From the NCBI GenBank assembly GCA_048939765.1, contig JBHLPF010000015.1, positions 13,457 to 77,456 on the forward strand: a stretch of DNA of 64,000 nucleotides, read 5' to 3'. The position numbers were made by a program, and so were the translations under genes. Source of the stretch: Promethearchaeota archaeon (GTDB lineage: Archaea; Asgardarchaeota; Thorarchaeia; Thorarchaeales; Thorarchaeaceae). The notes beneath the pieces are model-generated. The model saw only the letters and a list, made by a program, of their open reading frames with translations, did no database searches and had not been told where the DNA came from. Of this stretch, positions 63,962-64,000 are shown piece after piece. Every line of letters begins with the position of its first letter. The first letter of the stretch is position 1.

Positions 63962-64000
63962 TCAATCTGACTCGAAATGGTATTTAATAGTTCTCGGAAT

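Noticed and set aside
1-64000. Mobile elements, prophage or defence islands
   Set aside because: No transposase, integrase, capsid or defence motifs; the Sir2 protein is a canonical Zn-binding deacylase and the AlbA-like domain belongs to a GTPBP1-type GTPase

Overview
Gene-dense archaeal chromosome segment. The gene mix (radA, top6A/top6B, geranylgeranyl reductase, cofE, archaeal GTPBP1-like GTPase, Rab-like small GTPase, roadblock protein, grpE-dnaK-dnaJ, several secreted subtilases) points to an Asgard archaeon, most plausibly Thorarchaeia; this is an inference, no phylogeny was run. About 55 CDS, one PadR-like pseudogene missed by the ORF track, and several stem-loops just after stop codons. 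I found no rRNA, tRNA, CRISPR array or mobile element. Most notable: (1) a membrane-anchored subtilase with the domain layout and recognisable motifs of eukaryotic Site-1 protease (MBTPS1/SKI-1); (2) a remodelled topoisomerase VI, with a Spo11/Top6A subunit carrying two RadA/Rad51-NTD-like HhH domains in a long Lys/Pro/Glu-rich extension and a Top6B subunit with a large ATPase-domain insertion; (3) an apparently full-length SLC44/CTL choline-transporter-like protein; (4) a membrane protein ending in a (CHSA)n Cys/His tail, translationally coupled to a metallophosphoesterase; (5) a TFS/RpoM paralogue lacking its catalytic ribbon. All family assignments come from motif reading and recalled family knowledge, not database searches.
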